Shown here: positions 1 through 10,712 of the stretch, one piece after another | Layout: each line of letters begins with the position of its first letter | Numbering within the stretch: position 1 is the stretch's first letter | NCBI GenBank assembly: GCA_040357565.1 | Contig: JBDODJ010000082.1 | Length of the DNA: 47,462 bases | Source of the DNA: Cercozoa sp. M6MM | Taxonomy: Eukaryota > Protista > Endomyxa: Ascetosporea | Direction: 5' to 3' (one strand) | The notes under the pieces: model-generated | What the model saw: only the letters and a program-made list of their open reading frames with translations | Told to the model about the DNA's origin: nothing | The model's database searches: none | Program-made: the position numbers and the translations under genes

Positions 1-270
1 TACGTCCCTCCTTCTCCTTCCTTCCTTCTTTTGACTAGTGCCGCCGGTCCTCTATTCCTTCCCCCGGCCAGTCTACCTTCCTGTACTTTGTCCACCCTAT
101 CTTGGGGTAACTAAAATTTACATCTGAACTGACTCCGTCTGCTGACTCATTAAATTTACTTAACGTCGGTTCCATTCGTTTCTTTCGTCTTTTTCCCGGC
201 ATCGTACTCTTTTTGCACTGCCAAAGCCTGATTACCAGCCCTCTCAGATAGGGATCAGCCTTGCTAACTT

Positions 271-495
271 TGTTACACGCATGAGCTACTGTATCCGCGC
301 GAAGCAACCCTACAACTTCCAAAAATCCTCAAGAAAGGTGTGAAAGTGTTTGACGTGTGTTCGCTGGTACCCTGACCTACTGAGACGAGAGCTTGAGTCC
401 AGGTTTCCGCAGCCCTCCTCATATTTGCCTGAAATAACTGGCCATACCTGTTGTAGGGTTGCTTCCGCGCGGGTACAGTAGCTCGTGCTGTAACA
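271..495. repeat. Imperfect ~45-bp inverted repeat pair (271-316 / 450-495), MITE-like or hairpin
   Basis: tgttacacgcatgagctactgtatccgcgcgaagcaaccctacaac matches the reverse complement of gttgtagggttgcttccgcgcgggtacagtagctcgtgctgtaaca with few differences; ~133-bp spacer; no clear target-site duplication. Confidence 0.7.
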
Positions 496-654
496 GCGGG
501 TAACAAAAAAACGCACAGACGAGCCTAATGTAACGCAAGATACTTTCGACGTGACCGGAGGCGAGCGAAGAGTGCATGCGGTGGGGTAACTTTGGTCACA
601 TCGCAGCAGTCACAGTCCAACCGGAACAGACAGGCAGAGCGCCGGTCGGGCTTT

Positions 655-3179
655 CTACGGAGCGATACGCGTCGGGTCGCGCGGGAAGAGCGAGCAGTTG
701 CGCACGTCGGGGAGGTCGAGGAAGAGCATAACGACGCGCTCGAGACCGATGCCGCCGCCGGCATGGGGCGGAGCGCCGTGCTTGAAGCAATCGATGTAGG
801 ACTGGATGGTCTCCAGGGCTACGCGTGGGGGGGGGGGTATTAAAGCATACAGGGGAAGGGGTATGGGGCCGGAGTACGGATCTCGTGCTCGCTGGCGCGC
901 TTGGCCAGCAGGTCGGGACAGTGCACACGCTGCGCGCCCGAGGTGATCTCCTGGCCGCGCAGGAAGACGTCGTACGAGTTGGACAGCTCGGCGTCGTTGG
1001 GGTCCGGCATCGTGTAGAACGGACGCACTGCGAGCGGGTACTTGTCGACAATGTAGAACTCGGTGTCGTACTTGGCCTTCATGAGGCGGCCCAGGAGCTT
1101 CTCGTTCGGCGTCGAGAAGTCCTCGAGCCACTCCAGTGCAAAGCCGCGCTTCTCGAGTTCCTCGTCGCTCAGCTCGCCCTCTGCGGCCAGCACGCGCGCC
1201 TTCTCCTGTGCCACACAAGTTAACTTGCACTATCTTACTGGGGGGGGGGGGGGGGCACTACCTCCTGGATCATGTCAAAGGCCTCCTTGAACGTGATCAT
1301 CTTGGCACCGGCCGGGTCGTACTTCAGCGGCTCCGACGGGAACTGCTCGCGGATCACCTGCACACACACAACTGGCGTAGGAAGGGGGGGGGGGGAAAAG
1401 GAAAGTAAGATGGGGAATACGGCAATCTCGCGTGCGTAGTGCTCGTTGAGCTTGTCGAAAATGTAGGTGAAGACGCCGCTGAGCACGCCAGTGGCCTCGT
1501 GGTAATGGTCGCGGATCTGCATCTCGAAATCCATGCCGACGAACTCGCACAGGTGACGGTGCGTGTGCGAGTTCTCCGCGCGGAACACCGGGCCGATCTC
1601 AAAGACACCTATAGCCAACGTCCATATGTATGTATATGCACAGTCCATATGCACAGTAGACATGCACAGTCCATATGCACAGTAGACATGCACAGTCCAT
1701 ATGCACAGTAGACATGCACAGTCCATATGCACAGTAGACATGCACAGTCCGTATGCACTGTGTGGGGTAGGAGTACCCGGGAAGTCGCCCATGATGGCCA
1801 TCTGCTTGTAGAGCTGCGGCGACTGTGCGAGACAGGCATCGCGGCCAAAGTAGTCGAGTCGGAAGACCTCGGAGCCGCCCTCCGAGGTGCCGCCGATGAG
1901 CTTGGGCGAGTTGATCTCCACAAAGCCCTGCTGGTGCATGTACTCGCGGTAGAAACGCGACACGCCCGAGCGCACGCGGAAGATGGCCTGCTTGGCCGGC
2001 GTGCGCACGTCCACCCAGCGGTAGTCGAGGCGCAGCTGCTCGCCCACCGTCACGGCCTGCTTCTTGCCCTCGGCCTTGGCCTGCTCGATCTCCTCGGGCG
2101 TCGGGGGGCGACGGGCTGTCATACCACACAAACACATCGCATGCATCGACTACACAGGGGACACGGGGACTACCAGCATCGGCCAGCGTGAAGGGCAGGT
2201 CCGTGGCCACGGAGACGGCGTAGATGCGCGAGATGTGCAGCTCCACCTGCTTTTGCGAGCACGAGGCGACCTCGATGGCCTCACCGGCCTCGTTGCGCGG
2301 CACCTTGATGACACCGCACACGTCCACCACCGACTCCTTCGGCAGCTTCTGCACGTACTTCACCATGGCACGCGGCACCTCCTCGCCCTCGAACAGGATG
2401 CCCTGCCGGCACACACAGCAAACATTACACACAATTATCTCAGACACCAAAGACACCAAAGACACACACAGACACACACACACCAGCGGCAAAGGCTACC
2501 TGGACAGTGGCCATGTCGTCACGGAACACGACAAAGGCGCCCTTGCCCTGCTTGCGCACCGAATCCACACGGGCACGCAGCCACACCACCTGGTCATCCA
2601 GCTCCGACGTCAGCGCCGACACCTGCGTGAACTCGCGGTCCGTCTTGTCCTGTCAAAAAACACAAACGAGTCAGAAACCCAAAAAGTACCAAAAATACAC
2701 AAAAAGACGCACCTTGGACGAGAAGAGCGTGAAGTCGCCAAACTGGCCATCCTGGATGCTCTCGATCTTGGGGGCACCGCGCTGGGCTGCAAGACGGGCC
2801 AGGCGCTGGGCCTGCGCAGAAAACAGACTTTTAAAGGTACCCAGACGATACGAGTAAGCAATCACACCTCCTTCTTGGCCTTCTTGGCGGCCTTCTCGGC
2901 CTGCTTGCGCTTCTTCTTCTCCTCCTTGGCCTGCACACAGGAAAATACGATAAATCCGCTGAGCGTATTTCACGGGACAAAAGAGGGCAAAATGAGGTGT
3001 ACAGCAAGCTGCTCAGGCGTGAGCTCAACCTTCTCGGGCACGGCGGACATCAGAAAGCGTTGACGAGACGAAGCACAGAAAACGCGAACAGACGAAGACG
3101 GGACAACAAGAAAGCGACGCGACTTGAGACTTCTTGACTGCAAAGACACGGGAGTTCTCGAGATCACGCGTCGCAGCAT
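655..3179 (-). CDS. DARS1: Aspartyl-tRNA synthetase (eukaryotic cytosolic type), ~10 exons, with N-terminal extension
   Basis: Spliced exons give the OB-fold (VWLRARV..RKQGK..FVVFR), [12 protein letters not shown], motif 1 region [33 protein letters not shown], motif 2 [15 protein letters not shown], motif 3 GGGIGLERV and the end [11 protein letters not shown]. In-frame ATGs at 3179 and 3050. Confidence 0.96.
1621..1760. repeat. 26-bp minisatellite (cagtccatatgcacagtagacatgca)n inside an AspRS intron
   Basis: About 4-5 directly visible tandem copies; they explain the spurious repetitive peptides in the ORF track. Confidence 0.9.
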
Positions 3180-3532
3180 CCACTGCGTACGCAGTCAATC
3201 AAACGCAAGCTCCGGCTTCCCACAGCACCATGCGCACAGCGGGCCCACGTGAGAAAAGGGCGAAAAACCCACGGACAAAAAACACAACAGAAAAAACACA
3301 GAACGCACATGATTAGAGTGCGCAACCTGTATGCGAGTTTATTCCGCAACTTACATCAAGCACCGCTTACGTGTGTGGCGCTAGTGAGGGCAGGGTCGGA
3401 GCGACCTCATCGCAATACAGTTCTGTAGCCACATTTGAAACACGAGTTGTAGTGCCTCTCGCGACGCCTGAAGCACATCTTTCGTGTTTAAACGGTTAAA
3501 AACACTTAAAACAGCACCTGCTTTAGCAGATA
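3180..3532. promoter_or_regulatory. Putative bidirectional promoter between AspRS and the aminopeptidase
   Basis: Head-to-head start codons with 353 bp between them. Confidence 0.55.
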
Positions 3533-6500
3533 ATGAGCGATTCTGGGTACTTTTGCAAAAACGCAATGAACAATTCCGGTGTGTCGGGTGAACCACCTTG
3601 AACACTCTCGAGCAGACCGAAGGACCACTCGTCGCACGCGAATCTCGACGATGTGGCGTGCGAACACATCTATTTGGACTGGACGGTACAGTTACGAGCG
3701 TTTTTTAGGAGTTTGAACCCGGCAGGCAGTTGATGTGTGCGTTTGGGCAGGTCGACTTTGAACAGAAGGTTCTGAGTGGCACAGCCACGCTGCGCATGCG
3801 CGCTGTACCTGCCCTTCTCTTGGGTTACGTTTAAGTACCTGAACAAGGTTGTTTCTGGGTGTCTGCGCAGTTGAAAGGCGGCGTGTCGCATGTGGTTCTC
3901 GATACGCGCGATCTGCTGGTGCACTCCGTGACTCTGAGCGACGGTACGCCACTGGCCTTCTCGCTGATCGACACCGTCCCTGCACTGGTATTGGCCACGT
4001 GGTCACTTGCACTAGTGTCTCAATGTACGCACGTGTGCAGGGCCAGGCACTGAGTGTGACACTGCCAGAGGACAAGGTACTGGCACGCGAGGAGACGGTG
4101 TCGATCCGGGTGAGGTACGACACCTCCGAGTCGGCCAGCGCGCTGCAGTGGCTCGAGCCCTCCATGACCGCCGGTTGCTTAATCTTTCAGTCCATCTTTG
4201 TGTCCATTTGTACCTGTGTTGTACATATGTACGAATGTACAGGCAAGCAGCAGCCGTACCTCTTCTCGCAGTGTCAGGCCATCCATGCGCGCTCAATGTG
4301 CCCGCTGCCGGACTCGCCTCGGCGTATATTTTACCCCCTACCCCCTCTTTACCCCCTCACCCTCTCTTTCTTTGCCTCTTACTCTCTTACCCTCTTATCC
4401 TCCCCCACCCCCGTATTGGTAGACAAGTTCACCTACGAGGCCGTGGTGCGTGTGCCGAGTGGCATGTCGGCCGTCATGTCGGCTTTATCCGAGGGCCGCA
4501 GCTCGCTGGGTTGGTCTCTGTTACCCCCCCCCCCACCCCTTTACCCCCCACCCCTTTACCCCCACCCCTTTACTCCCACCCTTTGTTCCCTACCCCTTTA
4601 CTCCCACCCCCTCTCGTGTGAGCAGACACAGTCGAAGAGTTCCGCTTCCGACAGCCGCAGCCGATTCCGTCGTGTACGCTGTTTTCTCGTATTTTGCCAG
4701 ACAGGGGTCAGCGATAAGATACCGAAAAAGCGCAGACCTGCTCGCTCTGGCCGTGGGCGACATCGAGCGACGCGAGACAGGACCGCGCACTGCCGTTATT
4801 GTATGTTTTCTTGGAAGAGGTCAAGGGGTAGGGGTAGTGAGAGGGGAGTAAGAGGGGTAGGGGTGGGGATAAGAAGGGTAGGGATAAGAGGGGTAGGGAT
4901 AAGAGGGTTAGGGGTAGGGTTGGGGGTAGGGTTGGGGGTAGGGATAGGATTGGGGTAAGGATAAGAGGGATAGCAGTAAGGGGGATAGGAATAGGGATAA
5001 GAGGGGTGGGGTATAGGCCGAGCCATCGGTGCTAGAGGCGGCGGCTCACGAGTTCGCGAACGTGGAGAAACTGCTGATCGCGGCCGAGACAGTGTGTGGT
5101 CCGTACCAGTGGACGCAGTACGACGTGCTGGTGATGCCGCCTTCCTTTCCGTACGGAGGCATGGAGAACGCGTGCTGCACCTTCGTGACGCCGTCGCTCG
5201 TGGCCGGCGATCGCTCTTTGGTCAACGTGCTGGCACACGAGATCGCGCACTCCTGGAGCGGCAATCTGTGCACGTACTCTGCTCTTTTACCCCCCCTTTA
5301 CCCCCTTTGCCCCCCTATTTGCCCCCCTATTTGCCCCTCTTTGCCCCCACCTATACCTCCCCTCTTTGCACCCTATTTATCCATACCTCCCCTGTTTGCC
5401 CCCTATTTATCCCCCTATTTATCCTCCTATTTATCCCCTATTTATCCCCCTATTTATCTCCCTATTTATCCCCCTGTTTGCCCCTATACCTTCCCTCTTA
5501 CCTCTCTTCAACCTCCTCAGTACCTCTTCTTGACTCACCTCTTTAACCCCCCCCCCTCCGGCAGGAACTCCACGTGGCAAGACTTCTGGCTCAACGAGGG
5601 CTTCACGGTCTTTGTGGAGCGTCGCATCGTAGCCTCTCCTCTCACTGTGTCCCCTTAACAAAAGAGACAGCACCTTTTACCAAAAGGCTGCCCCCTTAAC
5701 CAAAGCCTTACTAACTAATCTGAAAAAACAGATCGAAGCAACGGAAGGCGCCGAGGAGTGCGCGCTGCACTCGGTCGTCGGTCTCGTCGATCTGCAGGTA
5801 TCACAGTCCATTTGTACTTTCTATCTGTACGGTCTATTTGTACGGTCTATTTGTACGGTATATTTTACGGTCTATTTGTACGATCTGTATGGTCCATTAA
5901 AACCCTGGTTGTTGTTGCTTCAGGAATCGGTCGATCTGTTCGGCTGCGATCACGAATTCACGAAACTGTGCCGATTTTGATAGTTTTACCCCCCTCCCTT
6001 TACCCCTTCCTCCGCCCTTCCCTACCTCTTTCAACCCTCTTACCGGCTTACCCTCTTTACCCCCATTCTGACTCTCGTGTGTTTTGTCAGGTGTCCGAAT
6101 CTCTCGGGCGGCATTGATCCCGACGACGCCTTCTCCTCTGTGTACGGTCCATTTGTACAGGGTCCATTTGTACAAGGTCCATTTGTACAAGTTTAATTTG
6201 GACACACGCGCATTTAAACAGGCCGTACGAGAAGGGCTACAACCTGCTGGTGCACCTGGAGCGACAGGTCGGCCGCGGCGTGATGGACAAATATTTGAAG
6301 GCGCATTTTCAGCACTTTGCCGGCCGCTCATTCTGCACGGTGAGACCTTTACCCCCTGCCCCCTTAATGCTGTTTACCCTCCCCACCCCCTTATTGCGGT
6401 TGTCCCCCCCCCCCCCTACTTTTTTGGCAGAGCGAGTTCCGCGAGTTTTTCGAAGCTTTCGCCGCTCAAAACGGCGCCGAGATCAGCGTCGACTGGGACA

Positions 6501-7404
6501 AGTGGCTACATGGTACGAATGGACCAGTAACTGTCCCGAAAGGTACAAATGGACCGGTGCATTGGACAGAACCGGGCATGCCGCCGGTGCGGAACGAGTT
6601 CGATGCGACGCGCGCCGACGAAGCGAAAACTTTGGCGACGCAATGGCTGCTGCACGGCGCATCGCCTGCGGTTTACCCCCCTTTTTACCCCCTTTACCCC
6701 CTTCCCCTTTACTCCCCTGTTTACCCCCTGTTTACCTCTTTACTTCCATGTCTATCCCCTCCCACACAGCCAGTGAACAACTGGTCCACGACGGCCAAGA
6801 TCATCTTCTTGGACACTGCCATTCAGCGTGTTGAGGGTGCCTTTTACTTACCCTTGACACCCTTTATTCCTTTACTCCCTATACCCCCACCCCTTTCCCC
6901 CCCCCCCCCCAGAAAGCGAGAAGGAGGAGGAGCGCGACTGGTCGGAGCGACTGCGTCAGTTGGACGACGCGACGCACTTCTCACAGTCGCAGAACGCCGA
7001 GTTGCAGTTCCGCTGGCTACAGCTCTCGGTCCGCGCCAAGCTGCCGTACCGTTTCTGCAGCCTTAATCAGGCCCATTCGCACCCTTAACCAGGCCCATTC
7101 GCACCCTTAATCAATTGAATTTGCACTCCCATTGTGGTAGGAGTGCGCCCGAGGCGTGTGCGCACTTCCTCGGACGCTTCGGCCGAATGAAGTTCGTGCG
7201 ACCGCTGTTCCGCGCGCTGCACGCCGGCGTCTTCCGTCGTCAGGTGGCTCCTGCCCCTCCCTTCCTTCCTCCTTGCTTCCCTCTTAAAGGTAGATGGACT
7301 GTGTTTAAGGTTTGCGTGAATAGGCCGCCGAGATCTTTGGCAAGTTGCGGCACACGTACCACCCGATCTGCGCCAAGATGGTCGCGCGCGACCTCAGCAA
7401 GTGA
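3533..7404 (+). CDS. LTA4H: Leukotriene A4 hydrolase-like M1 zinc aminopeptidase, ~20 introns
   Basis: Spliced: MSDSG|[16 protein letters not shown]|[88 protein letters not shown] (stop 7402-7404). Confidence 0.95.
4801..5016. repeat. G-rich (GGGGTA/GGGATAAGA) low-complexity intron with G-quadruplex potential
   Basis: Many GGG/GGGG runs on the + strand; the complementary TACCCC-rich form fills several neighbouring introns. Confidence 0.8.
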
Positions 7405-7552
7405 GACCACGACCAGTCGCCTAATCCACGTGTCTTGTCGTGTCGATTCCAACGTAGTGTCTGTATGCAACCCGAATTATACCGACGAAACGCTGCCTTG
7501 CGTACCTGGTTCGGATATAGCAAACGTTAACGGCTATACGATATACACGATT

Positions 7553-7868
7553 CATCGCATACTGATAGTTAGTTGAGTCTTCTAGGAAACCAACTATGTA
7601 GTTCCCCTGCACCAGTCTGGGGTGGGTCATAAGAGCATGGCCGTGTCTACCGCCCGCTTGGGGTAGGACCATACAACTCCCCTTTTGACGTTCCCCAGAC
7701 ACCGAAGTCGACTTCATGGTTGGTGCACATCGCATACTGATAGTTAGTTTGTTGAGTCTAGGAAACCAACTATGTAAGTTTAGTTCCCCTGCACCAGTCT
7801 GGGGTGGGTCACAAGAGCATGGCCGTGCCCACCGCCCGCTTAGGGTAGGACCATACCATCGCATACTG
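7553..7868. repeat. Intergenic tandem duplication, 175-bp period (starts at 7553, 7728 and a stub at 7857)
   Basis: catcgcatactgatagttag...ctaggaaaccaactatgt...gttcccctgcaccagtctggggtgggtca...gggtaggaccatac occurs twice. Confidence 0.9.
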
Positions 7869-8093
7869 TTACCGGGCGATAGTCGAACCTTACGTATACC
7901 TACCGTACGTTAAGCGAGGTTTCTGTGTTTCAGTTCTTTAAATTTACTTACATACGTTAGTTTGAATCGAATCAGTCCCTTGCCGAATTAGCCGAGTCGG
8001 CGCGAGTACACATACAGCAGTGCAGTCGGAGCATTGACTAGTTACCGCACGCGCAGCCGCAGACTCGCACATGGCCGGTTGGCACCCCGTCAG

Positions 8094-9418
8094 TCAGCGG
8101 AAGGAGATCAGATACAATGGGATGGCTTTGTCTTCGTGTGAGGTCGTGTAGATCTAAACCAAACGGTCCAAACATTGAAGATGCACTAGCAAAACTTAAG
8201 CAGTACGGTGGATTCAGAGGTCGTGCCGACGATAAGCTCGGCCATGAAGATCGTCTTTTCGAGAGAACTCAACGAGTATGCGTAGCCTTCAGCAGAGTAT
8301 CTGGCTTGTGTGCTAAAATACAGGTGACCTGCTGTGCCACGACGAGCAAAGCGCGGGTCGAAGGCAGCTCGCGAACGCTTCCAGATCAGCGCAGGGTCGG
8401 TGCCGCTTGTGCCATCTGGAGTCCAAAACGGCAGTAAAGATCACGCCAGTCACTAAACGCAGAAACGGAGATAGTGTCTTACGGAAGACAGTGAGTGTCT
8501 TGCGCTCGATCAGAGACAATGAACTCTTGTGCGCCTCGTACTGCTTGCGTAGCGGCGGGTTGTGCACCTTCTCGATCTTGGTGATACGGCCACGAGGCAT
8601 CGTTTGTGTCCAGTGGTGGAAGACCACCTGTGCCTCGGAGGAGTTGAGCGGCACATCGACCAGTTCAGCCTCTTCGTCGGAAGTCTGCGGTGTCACAGTG
8701 GGTGCTTTGTCACCCCCACGCAATGTCGCTGCAATCTCTGTGTTGGCAACCACGAGATGCGCGCGCATCAGCGACAGGTCGAACCAACAGCGCGGATCGA
8801 CCTGGTTGTAGCAACATACAAACAATACAAAACACATAAGTTAGGTACCTCAACACGCCCGGTGATGCCTTGCGCCTGCGCTTGCGACAGCACGGAGTTC
8901 ATCTCCATAGGCACTGGTTTCCATGTGGAGTATCCTTCGCGACAGTAGCTGAACTGCACTATTTCCAGCGGTGCCTGAGCGGTGCTGCAGCACATGTGTT
9001 GTAAGTTTACTGAAGCTTGGCCCTATTTTACAGCACAAGGATAATGGCAAAGTACTCGAGACGACGCAGCTGGCGGTTGCGAGCACCGCGCTGGGTTTTG
9101 CTCGCCATGTCCACAGTGAACGTATGTGGTCTTCCGTCTGAAACAATAGGCACAATAGAAAGTTTACCCAGAAACTTAGGGAACAACGCAATAAAAAAGT
9201 CTGGGAGTCAGATACCTGTAGCGTTGACGGTGACTTGAACCGTGGAGTCATTGTTTTGGTACGCCTAAAAAGAACATAGTACAACTGGAACTACATTTAG
9301 TGGAAAACCTGAACCGAGACCGAGATACCGCTTCAAGACGGTCGTTGTAGTTAGCGTCGACGAAGGAGTAGAAGTCGGACGAAGGGTCCACTTGCCATTG
9401 CCAAAATAGGAGCTTCAT
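8094..9418 (-). CDS. WWE-domain PARP-family ADP-ribosyltransferase (PARP11/12/TIPARP-like); 5' end uncertain
   Basis: WWE-like segments FWQWQVD..FYSF..NYNDRLE and FSYCREGYSTWKPVPMEMNSVL. PARP domain: LVDVPLNSSEAQVV..ITKIEKVHNPPLRKQY, VF|HGT (His codon split by intron 8416-8482), AFDPRF, GHLYFSTQARYS, IFMAELIVG, IYTTSHEDKAIPLYLISFR*. Upstream exons to ~9713 are possible. Confidence 0.85.
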
Positions 9419-10114
9419 CTTTTCCTGTACCCACGGCAAAAATGCTTGAATTCAGTTGAAACGGTCGTACAAGTATACACACATTGGCATCGAGTGACAA
9501 CTTTGTATGAGAAGGACAAGTACTTTTGGAGGTTCCAGGCGTCGCTTTAGAAGAGCACCAGAGCCAGAATAACGTCGATCTCGCCAGATATCGGACAATA
9601 CAAAATGTGGAATCGCTTTTAGAGCACTGTGGGCACTTGTTGTTTTCCCTGGTTCCGTCAGAATGCCTCCCAGGGTTTCGGACTTTGCTAGCTGAGTGGT
9701 CGCGAAAGATCAACTCGGATTCGGTGAGTAAATTTATTTAAGTTTAGTTTCTGTTTGTTGGTGTGTAAATTTAATGTAATAATGCAACATTTAAAGACGG
9801 CACCAGGATTATACTTCATATCTAAAGAGAGGAACTTCTTGCAGTTAGTCGCTAATCGCCCGTGAGTCGCTCGGGCTGTGAGAAACGCAGACCGAGACCG
9901 ACTGACCCAAATGACAGAAAAGAGAAACCCCGCCGTTCGACTAGTGGCAAGCTAGTATCCCCACGCACGCTAAGAGTGATAGGAGAGTAGCAAAAAAGTC
10001 ATTAGAGGTGCCGATGGTACAATTGTGCAGATAGATTTGCTGATACCGCGGGTCTCTTTCTAAACAGAATCCTTGCAATTCGGATCTGCCAGAGTGTTTG
10101 TTAGTTTATTTGAA

Positions 10115-10624
10115 ATGGCGAATGGCCAGAAACGACTCTCGAGAGCGGGAAAACGCGTCCTTTCAAAGCTGCCGTGCACGCGACTGGACACAAGCGCCAT
10201 CGATATCGATACCAACTGCCCCGAAGCGACGACTCCGCTGATAAATTTATCGCGGCTTGATTCCTCCGAGCGAGAGGACCCGCGTGTCTACTTTGAATTG
10301 GGCGATGACGATGCTGCAGCTTGGAAGGCGCTGCGCGCACAGGAGGCTCGAATCCGCGCTCGCGAACACAGGCTCGCACTCGCTCGAGCCGAAGCAGAAG
10401 CACAGGAGGAAGCGCGAGCTCTAGCCGAGGCAGCTGCGCAGGCACGGGCTGAGGCACGGGCTGCGCATCTGGCGGAACAGAGACGACAAAGCGCGCGACA
10501 GGCGGCCGCAAAACGTGCCAAGTATCTCAAGCTGTGGCAAGCCTTTGCCGACCGTCAGAACTACCCGCATCCGTGCGGAATGGAGGCATGCGATGCTTTT
10601 GGCTTCTTTCATAGTTTCTTTTGA
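10115..10624 (+). CDS. Hypothetical single-exon Ala/Arg/Glu-rich coiled-coil protein
   Basis: ATG at 10115 opens a 169-aa ORF with a long helical A/E/R tract; no family recognised. Confidence 0.55.
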   Translation: MANGQKRLSRAGKRVLSKLPCTRLDTSAIDIDTNCPEATTPLINLSRLDSSEREDPRVYFELGDDDAAAWKALRAQEARIRAREHRLALARAEAEAQEEARALAEAAAQARAEARAAHLAEQRRQSARQAAAKRAKYLKLWQAFADRQNYPHPCGMEACDAFGFFHSFF

Positions 10625-10712
10625 CCCGCCGGGCGGGGCCGACTATAAGCTTAGTCGTAATGTTTTTGGCCCTTATAATCGAGACACTTTAACAAATTCG
10701 ACATTGGAGACA

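Noticed and set aside
1621-1760. 26-bp repeats as a CRISPR-like array
   Set aside because: Head-to-tail with no unique spacers, located in a eukaryotic intron, and no cas genes are present.
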